From contig CBDDFZ010000001.1 in NCBI GenBank assembly GCA_965227515.1, positions 2,272,001 through 2,336,000 of the forward strand: a stretch of 64,000 nt of DNA, given 5' to 3'. Under the pieces are notes generated by a model. That model saw only the letters and a list, made by a program, of their open reading frames with translations, was not told the DNA's origin and searched no databases. The translations under genes and the position numbers were made by a program. The stretch is from Alphaproteobacteria bacterium (lineage in GTDB: Bacteria; Pseudomonadota; Alphaproteobacteria; CALKHQ01). Below, one piece after another: positions 27,514 to 36,707 of the stretch (position 1 is its first letter; each line of letters begins with the position of its first letter).

Positions 27514-28725
27514 CTAGATCCACATGATCTGGTCGGCAAACAACAGCCGCTCGACCTCGAGCAGTGTGTCGTAGCCTTCGCCGGTGGCGGTGCTGACGAT
27601 GACGTAGGTGTCGTGCTCGACTACGCTGTAGTAGGCGCGCGGCAGGTAGTAGAGCGCGCTGTCCAGCCCGTCGCCGCCGACCATGAAGTCGTCCCCATCG
27701 CCGCCGACAAGCAAGTCGTCGCCGTCTTCGCCGCGGATATAGTCGAGTTCGTCGCCGCCGTAGAGGTAGTCGTTGCCGCCTTGGCCGACGATCGTGTCCT
27801 GGCCGTCGCCACCGAACATTGAGTCCGTGTGCCGGCCGCCGATGATGAAGTCGCCGCCGCCGTCGCCGTAGAGGGTGTTGAACCCGTCGCCGCCATAGAT
27901 ACTGTCGGCCCCCGCGCCGCCGGAAATCGTGTCCGCGCCAACGCCGCCGAGCAGACGGTCCTCGCCGCCATTACCGTTGATGATGTCGTTGCCGCCATTG
28001 CCTTCCAGCCGGTCCCGGCCGTTGCCGCCGGAGATGAAGTCGTCGCCTGCGTTGCCGAAAATCGAGTCCGTGCCGCCATTGCCGAGCAGGGAATCGGCAC
28101 CGCCGCCGCCGTGAATGGTGTCCCAGCCGTCGCGACCATGGATGGTGTCGGCGCCGGCTTGGCCATAGAGCAGATCGTCGTCGATGCCGCCGTCGATCCG
28201 GTCGTCGCCCGCGTCGCCATAGACTGTGTCGTCGCCGGAGCCGGCATAGACGGTGTCGTGGTGCACGCTGCCATAGACCGTGTCGGCACCGCTGGAGGTG
28301 TTGACCGGCGGCGCGTTCCACGTGATGCCGCCAAACGACGGGCTGTCGATGGTGACCACGTCCTCATAGATGAACAGCACCTCCAGGAAGGTGGGTCCGC
28401 CGTCCAGATAGGCGTTCTGGATGCCGGCTGCGGTATAGCCCTCCCACACGTGCGCCAGAATATTGTCCTCGTCGAGGGGCGAGAAGATGCTGCCCACCCG
28501 GATGATATCGGTCACCACGCCCGAGGCATTGCCGTCCTCGTCGATGGTGATCGGGTCCTCGCCCAGGAACAGGGTGTAGGTGCCGTCGGTGTTCTGGTAG
28601 GCGAAGCCGTTGTAGAACGGTGAGAGGTCGCCGTACGCGATCGCGATCAGGTTCGCGGTCGGGTCGACCATGTCCTGCCACGGCTGGCGGAAGTAGCTTC
28701 CGCCGAAGATGTTGGTGTTGGCCAT
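27514..28725 (-). CDS. Calcium-binding RTX (hemolysin-type) repeat protein
   Basis: Many GGxGxDxL/I nonapeptide repeats; C-terminal DTLLEVERLLFAD motif typical of type I-secreted proteins. Confidence 0.9.
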   Translation of the reverse strand: MANTNIFGGSYFRQPWQDMVDPTANLIAIAYGDLSPFYNGFAYQNTDGTYTLFLGEDPITIDEDGNASGVVTDIIRVGSIFSPLDEDNILAHVWEGYTAAGIQNAYLDGGPTFLEVLFIYEDVVTIDSPSFGGITWNAPPVNTSSGADTVYGSVHHDTVYAGSGDDTVYGDAGDDRIDGGIDDDLLYGQAGADTIHGRDGWDTIHGGGGADSLLGNGGTDSIFGNAGDDFISGGNGRDRLEGNGGNDIINGNGGEDRLLGGVGADTISGGAGADSIYGGDGFNTLYGDGGGDFIIGGRHTDSMFGGDGQDTIVGQGGNDYLYGGDELDYIRGEDGDDLLVGGDGDDFMVGGDGLDSALYYLPRAYYSVVEHDTYVIVSTATGEGYDTLLEVERLLFADQIMWI

Positions 28726-28829
28726 CGTCCGGTCTCCTCCGCTGGAGGGTCCCCCACAACGATGGGTCGCGGCGCGATGGCGCGAGGTTCACGCTTGAGG
28801 CGAAAATTGGGCGGCCGACGCGCCCGCCT

Positions 28830-29729
28830 TTATGCGTGCATCTTGCTGTGGGCCTTGGCCTCGACCAGAAGCCAGTCGCGCACCTGCCGCACCGCGCGGG
28901 ACAGCGACGGCGTGTCCGGCGTCAGCAAATAATATTGGTCGCGCGCGGGCAGGGTGGGGCCGGGCAGGCGTACGAGCGACCCGTCGGCCAGGTGATGGCC
29001 GCTGATGGCGTTGTCGCCCATGGCGATGCCGAGGCCGCGCACGGCAGCGTCCATGCACAGATAGGTCCGGTTGAAGAACAGGTGGTCCGTCGCGGCGTCG
29101 AACGACAGGTCGCTGGCCTCGAAATAGCTGCGCCACCAATAGATGCCGCGGTCATGGATCAGCCGGTGGCTGGTCAACACCTTCGGGTCGTCGGGTCCGG
29201 GGCCGCGTTCCAGCAGCAAAGGTGCCGCAACCGGAAATGCCTCCAGCGGCAAGAACGGCTCGGCGCGATAGCCGATGCAGGCGACCTCGCTCCAGGTCAG
29301 TGCCAGGTCGGCGTCGCCCAGCACGGCGCGCGGCGGCTCCGGCCGCACCCGTACGTCCAGATGCACGTTGAGCGCGCGCAAGGCATCGTCGGTCAGGCGC
29401 GGCATCAGCCACAGCATGGCCAGGTCGGTGTCGACGTCCAGGGTCACCGTGTTGCGCCCGCCGCCGCGTCGCAACCGCCCGGTGCCGATCTCCAGGCTCG
29501 AGAGCGCGTTGGCGGCGGTGCGCGCGAACAGGCTGCCCTCGCCGGTCAGCACGACATGGCGCGCGTGGCGCTCGAACAGCGCGACGCCCAGCTCGGCCTC
29601 CAGATTGCGCATGTGGCGGCTGACGGCGGCGTGGCTGACCCCCAGTTCGTCGGCCGCCCGCGCGAAGCTGCCATGGCGTGCGGCGGCGTCGAAGGCCCGG
29701 ATTGCGTTGAGGTTCGGCAGACTGCGCAT
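28830..29729 (-). CDS. LysR-family regulator (GcvA/AmpR-like)
   Basis: MRSLPNLNAIRAFDAAARHGSFARAADELGVSHAAVSRHMRNLEAELGVALFER. Confidence 0.93.
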   Translation of the reverse strand: MRSLPNLNAIRAFDAAARHGSFARAADELGVSHAAVSRHMRNLEAELGVALFERHARHVVLTGEGSLFARTAANALSSLEIGTGRLRRGGGRNTVTLDVDTDLAMLWLMPRLTDDALRALNVHLDVRVRPEPPRAVLGDADLALTWSEVACIGYRAEPFLPLEAFPVAAPLLLERGPGPDDPKVLTSHRLIHDRGIYWWRSYFEASDLSFDAATDHLFFNRTYLCMDAAVRGLGIAMGDNAISGHHLADGSLVRLPGPTLPARDQYYLLTPDTPSLSRAVRQVRDWLLVEAKAHSKMHA

Positions 29730-29738
29730 ATTGTGAGT

Positions 29739-29753
29739 GTAAGAAAAACTGAC
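29739..29753. promoter_or_regulatory. Probable LysR T-N11-A recognition box
   Basis: gTaagaaaaactgAc imperfect palindrome just upstream of the lysR start, in the divergent intergenic region. Confidence 0.5.
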
Positions 29754-29838
29754 CCTTGGGTCAAAAAACGTCGTTTGAGCGACAGGTGAGAGATCGCATA
29801 TCCAGGGGCTCCAACCCTTCCTCCCTAACCGATGCCCC

Positions 29839-31020
29839 ATGGAGTGTTCGATGACGCGCGCGGCGCAGACAGGCAATGGCGTGATCCGGGCCCAGATCGC
29901 CGGCGTGGCGATCTATGGGCTCGCCATGGGCGTGACCTATCCGTTGCTCGGCATAGAGCTGGCGGAGCGGGTTTCCGGCCTGATGAACGGCTTCAACATC
30001 GCCGCCACCGGCATCGGGTTGCTGCTGGGGGTGATGGTAGTACCGCCGGCGGCACGACGCTTCGGCGCCGGACGGGTCGCACTGGCCGGTGTCGTGGTGA
30101 TGGCGCTGTCGCTGGTGTGGCTTGCGTTGGTGCGCGATTTCTGGGCGCTGTTCGCCGCGCGGCTGATGCTCGGCTGCGGCGCCAACCTGTTGTTCGTGGT
30201 CGCCGAGGCGACGCTGAACACGTTCGCCCCGCCGGCGCGCCGTGGCCGGGTGATGGGCTTCTACGCCGCCTCGGTCGCGTTCGGGTTCGTGGTCGGGCCG
30301 TCGGTGGTTGCGGCGATGCCGGGCGCATCGGCCCTGTTGCTGGTGGGGTGCGCCGCGGTGACCGTGCTGGCGCTGCTGCCGATGGCGCGCATCCGGGGCG
30401 TCGTCGATCATGCCATCCGTCCGACCGCCGTCGGCCGCATCCTGCCGGCGATCGCCGCCCATCCATTCGCGTTCGGCTTCATGGTCGTCGGCGCGGCGGT
30501 CGACGCGGTCGCGATCAGCCTGTTGCCGGTGATCGCGGAGAAACAGGCGTTCTCGCTGGAAACCGGCGCCATCTTCGTCACCGTGTTCCACGCCGGCTTG
30601 TTGTGCGGCCAGCCGCTGATCGGCGCGGCTCTGGACCTGTACGGCCGGCGCCGGGTGATCCTGGGCTGCTGCCTGGTTTCAGGAGCGTGCACAGTGGCGC
30701 TGGCGTATGGCGGCAGTGTTGGCGCGGTGCCGACAGGCGCGCTGATGTTCGTCTGGGGTGCTGCCAATTTCGGGCTCTACACCGCCAGCCTGGCCCTGAT
30801 CGGCGACCGGTTCCGCGCCGAGATGCTGACCGCTGCCAGTGCCGCGTTTGCCGCGGTCTATGCGGTGGCGTCGACGCTGGCCCCGGTCATGGTCGGTGGC
30901 ATGCTCGACGGGGTCGGTGCCGAGGGCTTCTACGCCGTCGCCGCCGGGATCTACCTGATCTCCCTGCTGGCGGGTGCGGCACTGTTCCGGCCGATGGAAC
31001 CGACCCTGGTACGGCGCTGA
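29839..31020 (+). CDS. Major facilitator superfamily transporter
   Basis: About 12 hydrophobic segments; motif A-like ARRFGAGR and LDLYGRRRV; divergent from lysR. Confidence 0.9.
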   Translation: MECSMTRAAQTGNGVIRAQIAGVAIYGLAMGVTYPLLGIELAERVSGLMNGFNIAATGIGLLLGVMVVPPAARRFGAGRVALAGVVVMALSLVWLALVRDFWALFAARLMLGCGANLLFVVAEATLNTFAPPARRGRVMGFYAASVAFGFVVGPSVVAAMPGASALLLVGCAAVTVLALLPMARIRGVVDHAIRPTAVGRILPAIAAHPFAFGFMVVGAAVDAVAISLLPVIAEKQAFSLETGAIFVTVFHAGLLCGQPLIGAALDLYGRRRVILGCCLVSGACTVALAYGGSVGAVPTGALMFVWGAANFGLYTASLALIGDRFRAEMLTAASAAFAAVYAVASTLAPVMVGGMLDGVGAEGFYAVAAGIYLISLLAGAALFRPMEPTLVRR

Positions 31021-31033
31021 TGCCTGCCCAGGC

Positions 31034-31528
31034 TCAGTTGCCGTGTTGTTGGTGGTCCATGCCGGGCGCGCCGGCCGCCATGGCGCGGATGGGTATTTCG
31101 AGCAAGATCTCGCCGGCCTGCTCGAACTGGAGCGTCAGCGGCAGGGTCTCGCCCTCCACCAGGTGTCCCGTCAGGCCGAACAGCATGACGTGAAGGCCGC
31201 CCGGCGCCAGTGTGACGCTGCCGCCGGCCGGAACCACGATGCCACCGTCCAGCGGCCGCATGATCATGGCGTCGCCGTCCATCGCCATCTCGTGCAGTTC
31301 GACCACGGCGGCCATCGGCGTCGCCGCCGCGATGAGCAAGTCGTCGCCGGCGCCGGCATTGGCGACGGACAGGTAGGCGGCCCCGGTGTCGATCACGCTG
31401 GCGCGCGCGAACACCTCGGTGATGGTGAGGTCTCCCAGCCGATAGGCAGCTGGGTCCGCGAATGCGGACGAGCTTGAGGCAAGGGCAAGGCAGGCGCTCG
31501 TGGCGAGCGCAAAGGCATGACGAAGCAT
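31034..31528 (-). CDS. Periplasmic copper chaperone PCu(A)C
   Basis: Signal peptide; GAAYLSVAN, ELHEM...MIMR, LAPGGLHVMLFGL, LTLQFEQAG; GGAG RBS 6 nt before ATG 31528. Confidence 0.92.
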   Translation of the reverse strand: MLRHAFALATSACLALASSSSAFADPAAYRLGDLTITEVFARASVIDTGAAYLSVANAGAGDDLLIAAATPMAAVVELHEMAMDGDAMIMRPLDGGIVVPAGGSVTLAPGGLHVMLFGLTGHLVEGETLPLTLQFEQAGEILLEIPIRAMAAGAPGMDHQQHGN

Positions 31529-31534
31529 CGTCGT

Positions 31535-31612
31535 CTCCATTGGTCGATGTGTCTGGGAAGTCTGTCGCCGTGCGCGTGGTGCGACGGCGTGGCAGGCCTC
31601 AGACCAATGGAG
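31535..31612 (-). promoter_or_regulatory. Anti-SD/SD pairing that can sequester the PCu(A)C ribosome-binding site (translational attenuator)
   Basis: Perfect 11-bp inverted repeat at 31535-31545 / 31602-31612, enclosing a second hairpin at 31567-31589. Confidence 0.75.
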
Positions 31613-32009
31613 GGCTACGTGGCTTGCGGCGAAAACGCGGTTGGGTTTGCCGAAGCAGGCGTGCGGCCGGCCATCTCCGGAACACCCGGCGCGCGGCCGC
31701 CGGCATCGGTTGCGCTGAGGCGGGCAGTACGGCCGCACCGGCGAGGCGCAGGCAACAGGTCAGGCAGTCGTGCGCACTGGCGTCGCCGTGGTCGGCGGGG
31801 GCGCTGTCGGGTAGCGGTACGTCGCCGGGCAGGGGCTGGCCATCGGCGCCGACCACAATGGTCTTGAGCCCCAGTCCGGTGCAGATAACGATGGTCCGCG
31901 CCCCGGCCCCGCCCTCGTCAACGGCCACCGCGTATGCCGGAACGGCATTGATCTGGATGCCGGCCAGCGCCAGCAAGACCAGAAGTGCATGCAGGGGCTT
32001 GCGGATCAT
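31599..32009 (-). CDS. DUF2946-family (CutF/CruR-like) copper-responsive leader protein
   Basis: Signal-like N-terminus, VICTGLG, HDCLTCC (CxxC), C-terminal PRSPPLV*; lies between sco and the PCu(A)C gene. Confidence 0.82.
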   Translation of the reverse strand: MIRKPLHALLVLLALAGIQINAVPAYAVAVDEGGAGARTIVICTGLGLKTIVVGADGQPLPGDVPLPDSAPADHGDASAHDCLTCCLRLAGAAVLPASAQPMPAAARRVFRRWPAARLLRQTQPRFRRKPRSPPLV

Positions 32010-32031
32010 GACCTTGCGGGCGTGCCCAGGC

Positions 32032-32646
32032 TCAAATCCGTTCGCGGACCGCCGCGACCACGTCGTCGGTCCTGGTCGGATAGCCGAACCACTGCAGGAA
32101 CCGTCCGTCCTCGTCCATCAGGAAGACGCCTGCGGTGTGGTTGATCAGGTAGTATTCCGGGTTCTGCTCGTTGGGCACCTGCTCGTACCAGACGCCATAG
32201 GCATCGGCGAGCTCCTTCACCGCCTCCGGCGCGCCGGTCAGGCCGACGATGCGTTCGTCGAAGGTAGGCACATAGCTGTTCAGCAGTTCCGGCGTGTCGC
32301 GCTCCGGATCGACGCTGACGAAGACCGGCTGAACCGCGTCCGCATCGTCGCCCAGGGCGTCTAGCACATTGTGCAGGTCCATCAGCGTGGTCGGGCAAAC
32401 GTCGGGGCAATGGGTGAAGCCGAAGGTGATGAGCATCATGCGGCCGTGAAACGTTGCGTCGCTCACGGTCTCGCCGGTGTGGCTGGTCAGTGTAAACGGC
32501 CCGCCGGGACCGTCGCCTTGGCCGCCGCCGGCGCTCTGAGGGTCATCGCCGGCGCCGATATCGAAGATGAAAGTCGCCGCCACACCGATGCCAAGGCCGA
32601 TCAAGGCGGCCCCTAGAATCAGAGCGATCCTCTTTTGTGCCGGCAT
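32032..32646 (-). CDS. SCO1/SenC/PrrC family copper chaperone
   Basis: GGPFTL, FGFTHCPDVCPT (CxxxC), VSVDPERDT, YLINHT. Confidence 0.95.
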   Translation of the reverse strand: MPAQKRIALILGAALIGLGIGVAATFIFDIGAGDDPQSAGGGQGDGPGGPFTLTSHTGETVSDATFHGRMMLITFGFTHCPDVCPTTLMDLHNVLDALGDDADAVQPVFVSVDPERDTPELLNSYVPTFDERIVGLTGAPEAVKELADAYGVWYEQVPNEQNPEYYLINHTAGVFLMDEDGRFLQWFGYPTRTDDVVAAVRERI

Positions 32647-32899
32647 GCATGTCTCCGTTTAGGTGCGGCCCGTCGTGCGCCCGCGCGATCCTATCGCCTG
32701 CGCGCCCAAATAGGCGCGGGCGCCCGGTAATACTCAATCAAACATTCGTAGGTGCGACCGTCGGTCCCGGTGCGGTCGCCCTACAATATTTGCTTCCAGG
32801 CTGTGCCAATCGGGCTTAGCCTTCGGCCGAGCCCGCTTGGGCGTGCAGGCAGTACGAGCTCGGCGCTCCGGCATGGGGCCTCATTGGGGGACAACCGAC

Positions 32900-33769
32900 A
32901 TGACCGCACTCGACGCGGCGGAGACCTATTTCTCGGCCTGGCAGGCGCATGACGCCGACGCCATCCTCGCGAGCATGACGTCGGATGGCACCTACGCCGA
33001 CCCGCTGACAGGCGGCCCGATCTCCGGCGAGGGCCTGCGGACCTATATCGAGCCCCTGTTCGCGGCCTTCCCCGACCTGAACTTCGAAATCGTCAGCCAT
33101 GATGAGATTGGCGGTGGGCGTGTCGCGGCACGGTGGATCATGCGCGGCACCAACACGGGCTCTTTCCGGGGCCTGCCGCCGACCAGCCGCGCCATCGAGA
33201 ACCATGGCGCCGATTTCATGGAGACCGAGGGTGGCAAGGTGAAGTCGGTGGTCGGTTATTTCGATGCCGGGGTCGTGCCGCGCCAGCTCGGCCTGCAGGT
33301 GCTGGTCCAACCGGTCCAGGCGGGGCCGTTCAAGTTCGGTTCCAGCCTGTGCATACACACTGGCCGCACGGACAAGCCGGGCGCGTTCAGCATCACCCAG
33401 CTCGAAGCGTCCAGCGACGACCATGTGGAAAAGGTGCGTGAGCTCAGCCGGCCTTCGATGGTCGAAATGATGGACGCCGAGGGCTTCATCGGTGCCACCA
33501 CGGCCACTATTGGCCGGCGCATGGTCACGATCTCGGCGTGGACCGACCCGGAAGCGCCACAGCGCTATATGGCTGAGGGCACTCACGCGAAGGCGATGAA
33601 GACATTCTATGCAGGCGATCTGGCTGACAGCGGCTACACCAGCGCCTGGGTGCCGCAGCGCATCAACAGCTATTGGGTGCGTTGCGACGCGTGCGGGAAA
33701 ATGGCGGACCATGCTGCCGGCACGTGTGGCTGCGGGGCGGCGCTGCCGGAGCCGCCGCCCTACTGGTAG
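32900..33769 (+). CDS. SnoaL/NTF2-like domain protein fused to a dimeric alpha-beta-barrel-like domain and a C-terminal Cys4 ribbon
   Basis: YFSAWQAHDADAIL..YADPL..FAAFPDLNFE..ARWIMRGTNTG (ester-cyclase-like); EGFIG..TISAWTDPEA..H; CDACG..CGCG. Confidence 0.75.
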   Translation: MTALDAAETYFSAWQAHDADAILASMTSDGTYADPLTGGPISGEGLRTYIEPLFAAFPDLNFEIVSHDEIGGGRVAARWIMRGTNTGSFRGLPPTSRAIENHGADFMETEGGKVKSVVGYFDAGVVPRQLGLQVLVQPVQAGPFKFGSSLCIHTGRTDKPGAFSITQLEASSDDHVEKVRELSRPSMVEMMDAEGFIGATTATIGRRMVTISAWTDPEAPQRYMAEGTHAKAMKTFYAGDLADSGYTSAWVPQRINSYWVRCDACGKMADHAAGTCGCGAALPEPPPYW

Positions 33770-33817
33770 CCCTTTGGCCGGCCGCCCTACTGGTAGCCCT
33801 TTGGCCGGCCGCCCTAC
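33754..33817. repeat. 27-bp tandem duplication (about 2.4 copies) between convergent genes
   Basis: gccgccctactggtagccctttggccg x2 plus gccgccctac; it contains the stop codons of both flanking genes. Confidence 0.9.
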
Positions 33818-35268
33818 ACCCCGGCCATGCACATGTATTTGACCTCGACGAACTCATCGAGGCCGTAGTGCGACCCTTCGCGGCCGAGGCCGCTTTCCTT
33901 GTAGCCGCCGAACGGCGCGATCTCGGTCGAGATCACACCGGCGTTGATGCCGATCAGGCCGTATTCCAGCGCCTCGCCGACCCGCCAGCAGCGGCCGACG
34001 TCGCGCGAATAGAAATAGGCCGCGAGCCCGAACTCGGTGTCGTTGGCCATGCGGATCGCCTCGTCCTCGCCGGTGAAGCGGAACACCGGGGCCAGCGGAC
34101 CGAACGTCTCCTCGGTCGAAACCTTCATGTCCGACGTGACGTCGGCGACCAGGGTCGGCTGGAAGTACGACCCGCCGAGCTCGTGGCGGCTGCCGCCGAC
34201 CACAACGCGGGCGCCATGGCTGACCGCGTCCTGGATATGCTCCTCCACCTTCTCCACGGCGGCCATGTCGATCAGCGGGCCGGTGGTGATGCCGTCGTCC
34301 ATCCCGTTGCCGACCTTGAGGTTCGCCTCCACCGCCTTGGCAAGCTTCTCGGTGAACGCGTCATAGACGCCGTCCTGCACCAGGATGCGGTTGGCGCACA
34401 CGCAGGTCTGGCCGGTGTTGCGGAACTTGGAGGCCATCGCGCCCTCGACCGCGGCGTCGATGTCGGCATCGTCGAACACGATGAAGGGCGCGTTGCCGCC
34501 CAGCTCCATCGACACCTTCTTCACCGTGCCGGCGCACTGCTCGATCAGGGTCTTGCCGACGGATGTGGACCCGGTGAACGACAGCTTGCGCACGATGGGG
34601 TTGCCGGTCAGCTCGCCGCCGACATCGCGCGACCCGCCGGTGACCACGTTGAACACGCCGGCAGGAATGCCGGCGCGGGCGGCCAATTCCGCCAGCGCCA
34701 GCGCGCAATACGGCGTGGCCGATGCGGGCTTCACCACCACCGGGCAGCCGGCGGCCAGCGCCGGCGCGCACTTGCGGGTGATCATGGCGATCGGGAAGTT
34801 CCATGGCGTGATCGCCGCGACCACGCCCACCGGTTCCTTGACCACGACGATGCGCCGGTCGGGCGCATAGGTCGGGATCATGTCGCCGTACATGCGCTTG
34901 CCTTCCTCGGCGAACCATTCGACGAACGAGGCGCCATAGACGACCTCGCCCTTGGACTCCGCCAGCGGCTTGCCCTGCTCGGCGGTCATCAGCTTGGCCA
35001 GGTCCTCGGTGTTCTCCAGGATCAGGTCGTTCCATTTCCGCAGCAGGCCTGCGCGTTCCTTGGCGGTCTTCTTGCGCCAGGCGGGCCAGGCGTTGCCCGC
35101 GGCCTCGATGGCGCGGCGGGTCTCGTCGCGGCCCACCTTCGGCACCGTGCCCAATGTCGCGCCGCTGGCCGGATTGGTCACCTCGATGGTGTCGCCGCTG
35201 TCGGCGTCGATCCATTGGCCATCGACGTAGCATTGCTGGCGGAACAGGGATGAATCGTTGAGCTGCAT
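33814..35268 (-). CDS. gabD: NAD(P)-dependent succinate-semialdehyde dehydrogenase
   Basis: ITPWNFP, SFTGST, MELGGNAP, FRNTGQTCVC, EETFGP, APFGGYKESGLGREGS. Confidence 0.95.
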   Translation of the reverse strand: MQLNDSSLFRQQCYVDGQWIDADSGDTIEVTNPASGATLGTVPKVGRDETRRAIEAAGNAWPAWRKKTAKERAGLLRKWNDLILENTEDLAKLMTAEQGKPLAESKGEVVYGASFVEWFAEEGKRMYGDMIPTYAPDRRIVVVKEPVGVVAAITPWNFPIAMITRKCAPALAAGCPVVVKPASATPYCALALAELAARAGIPAGVFNVVTGGSRDVGGELTGNPIVRKLSFTGSTSVGKTLIEQCAGTVKKVSMELGGNAPFIVFDDADIDAAVEGAMASKFRNTGQTCVCANRILVQDGVYDAFTEKLAKAVEANLKVGNGMDDGITTGPLIDMAAVEKVEEHIQDAVSHGARVVVGGSRHELGGSYFQPTLVADVTSDMKVSTEETFGPLAPVFRFTGEDEAIRMANDTEFGLAAYFYSRDVGRCWRVGEALEYGLIGINAGVISTEIAPFGGYKESGLGREGSHYGLDEFVEVKYMCMAGV

Positions 35269-35364
35269 CGGTCGGTCCTCCGGGGTGGGCTTGTTGGCTG
35301 TGAGTATAACGCTTGGACCGGGGCGGACGTTGCGACACTTGCACCATCGGGATTGGTGCGGCGC

Positions 35365-36249
35365 TCACATCAGGCCCAGGATCCACGCCTCCTCGCTCTC
35401 AATTGCGCCGCGTTGTGTGGCGGTCAAGGCCGGCGGCCCGGCAAACAGCGGCGCCAGCGCATCGTCGGCATCCATCGCCGCGAGTGCGGTGGCAGTGGTG
35501 CGCACCTGCGTCGCATCCTTCACCTCGTCCGCGCGCGCCGCGATCGGGAACAGCGAGGGATAGACTTCGGCCAGCACGATGCAGGGCCGTCCCGGTGCCG
35601 TCGACGGCGGCCCGAGACCGGTCTCGAACGGCCAGACACGCGCATGGCCGGACAGCGCCGGGTCGTCGCGCAACGCACGCACCACGGGCAGGCCCATCAG
35701 TGCTTGGCTGCCGACGCTGCCGGTCGTATAGAGCTTCCACACCGGCTGCGGCCCGCGCACCCAGGTGTCGGCCGTGCGGTGCTCGGCGAGCGGGCTGGCC
35801 TCGGCCGCCGGCTTGCGCATCGGCAGGTCGGGCAGGGTGGTCAGCGTGATCGGGCGGCCCCAGAACGGCGCGGCACCGCCGCTGATTCGCCGGTTCAGGT
35901 CGGCCGCCACCGCAAACCGGTTGTTGGCGTTGTCGGGCGCGTCCTCGATGGCATCGGCGATCTCATCCCACACCGCGCGCCAGGGCGGTCCGGACAGGCC
36001 CAGCACCCCGGCAAGCCCGGCCGGGTAGCCGAACGGGAAGTCGAAGCCGACCAGCACCCGGCGGCGGGCGGCCACCGCATCCGCCAGCATGGCGCGCAAA
36101 TGGGCAAGGGCCGCCGCGCGCGTGGGCAGGTTGAGCGGCGGCACGGTCGCTGCGGGGCCGGCACCGGCGATCCAGATGCTGTCGGCCCCCAATTTGGGCT
36201 TGCTGTTGGCACTCCAGTCGACGATCAGGAGCAGGTCGAAGAGGGGCAT
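35365..36249 (-). CDS. Conserved hypothetical protein, DUF429-like (predicted RNase H-like fold)
   Basis: IVDWSA...DSIWI, VLVGFDFPFGYP, VWPFETG, AEVYPS, EEAWILG. Confidence 0.75.
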   Translation of the reverse strand: MPLFDLLLIVDWSANSKPKLGADSIWIAGAGPAATVPPLNLPTRAAALAHLRAMLADAVAARRRVLVGFDFPFGYPAGLAGVLGLSGPPWRAVWDEIADAIEDAPDNANNRFAVAADLNRRISGGAAPFWGRPITLTTLPDLPMRKPAAEASPLAEHRTADTWVRGPQPVWKLYTTGSVGSQALMGLPVVRALRDDPALSGHARVWPFETGLGPPSTAPGRPCIVLAEVYPSLFPIAARADEVKDATQVRTTATALAAMDADDALAPLFAGPPALTATQRGAIESEEAWILGLM

Positions 36250-36337
36250 CGGCTCGGCTAAGTCCGGGCAAATGCCGCAAAAAACGACCGGCCAGGGTGA
36301 TGTGCGTCGTGGTTCGCCATATAATTGCCGCTTCTAG

Positions 36338-36621
36338 CAGGCTATTGAGAAACTCCGAAGAGGCTGCGAAGCATGAATGTTTCGTCGAGGACAGCGGCGC
36401 GGACGGCGACGTGGTGGTGGACTACCACGAGCCGTTCGCGACGCTGTCAGTCGCGAAATATTCAGCTTCCCGAAAGGGTTACGGTCTGATTGCGGTCCTG
36501 GTTCGTTGTGCCGGCTCACCGATGCATCCAGCATCGCCTTCGCCCAGTGGTCCTTGGGCACGCCTGCCATTCCCGCAATCGGACCGGTAACGCAGTCCTT
36601 CCGGAGTTTTTCAACAGCCTG
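36338..36621. mobile_element. 284-bp non-autonomous IS-derived element (MITE) with IS5-family-like ends
   Basis: About 31-bp imperfect TIRs: CAGGCTATTGAGAAACTCCGAAGAGGCTGCG versus CAGGCTGTTGAAAAACTCCGGAAGGACTGCG (reverse complement of the right end). Flanked by CTAG at 36334-36337 and 36622-36625; no transposase inside. Confidence 0.85.
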
Positions 36622-36707
36622 CTAGCCCCTATATTGCATAACGTCACGTCTGTGTTGCACACCGCCGGTCAGGCGGCACGCCCAGCCCGATTACACGGAG
36701 AAGCGCG

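Noticed and set aside
27514-28725. Pore-forming RTX toxin
   Set aside because: Only Ca-binding repeats and a short N-domain; no hydrophobic pore domain, acyltransferase or type I secretion genes nearby.
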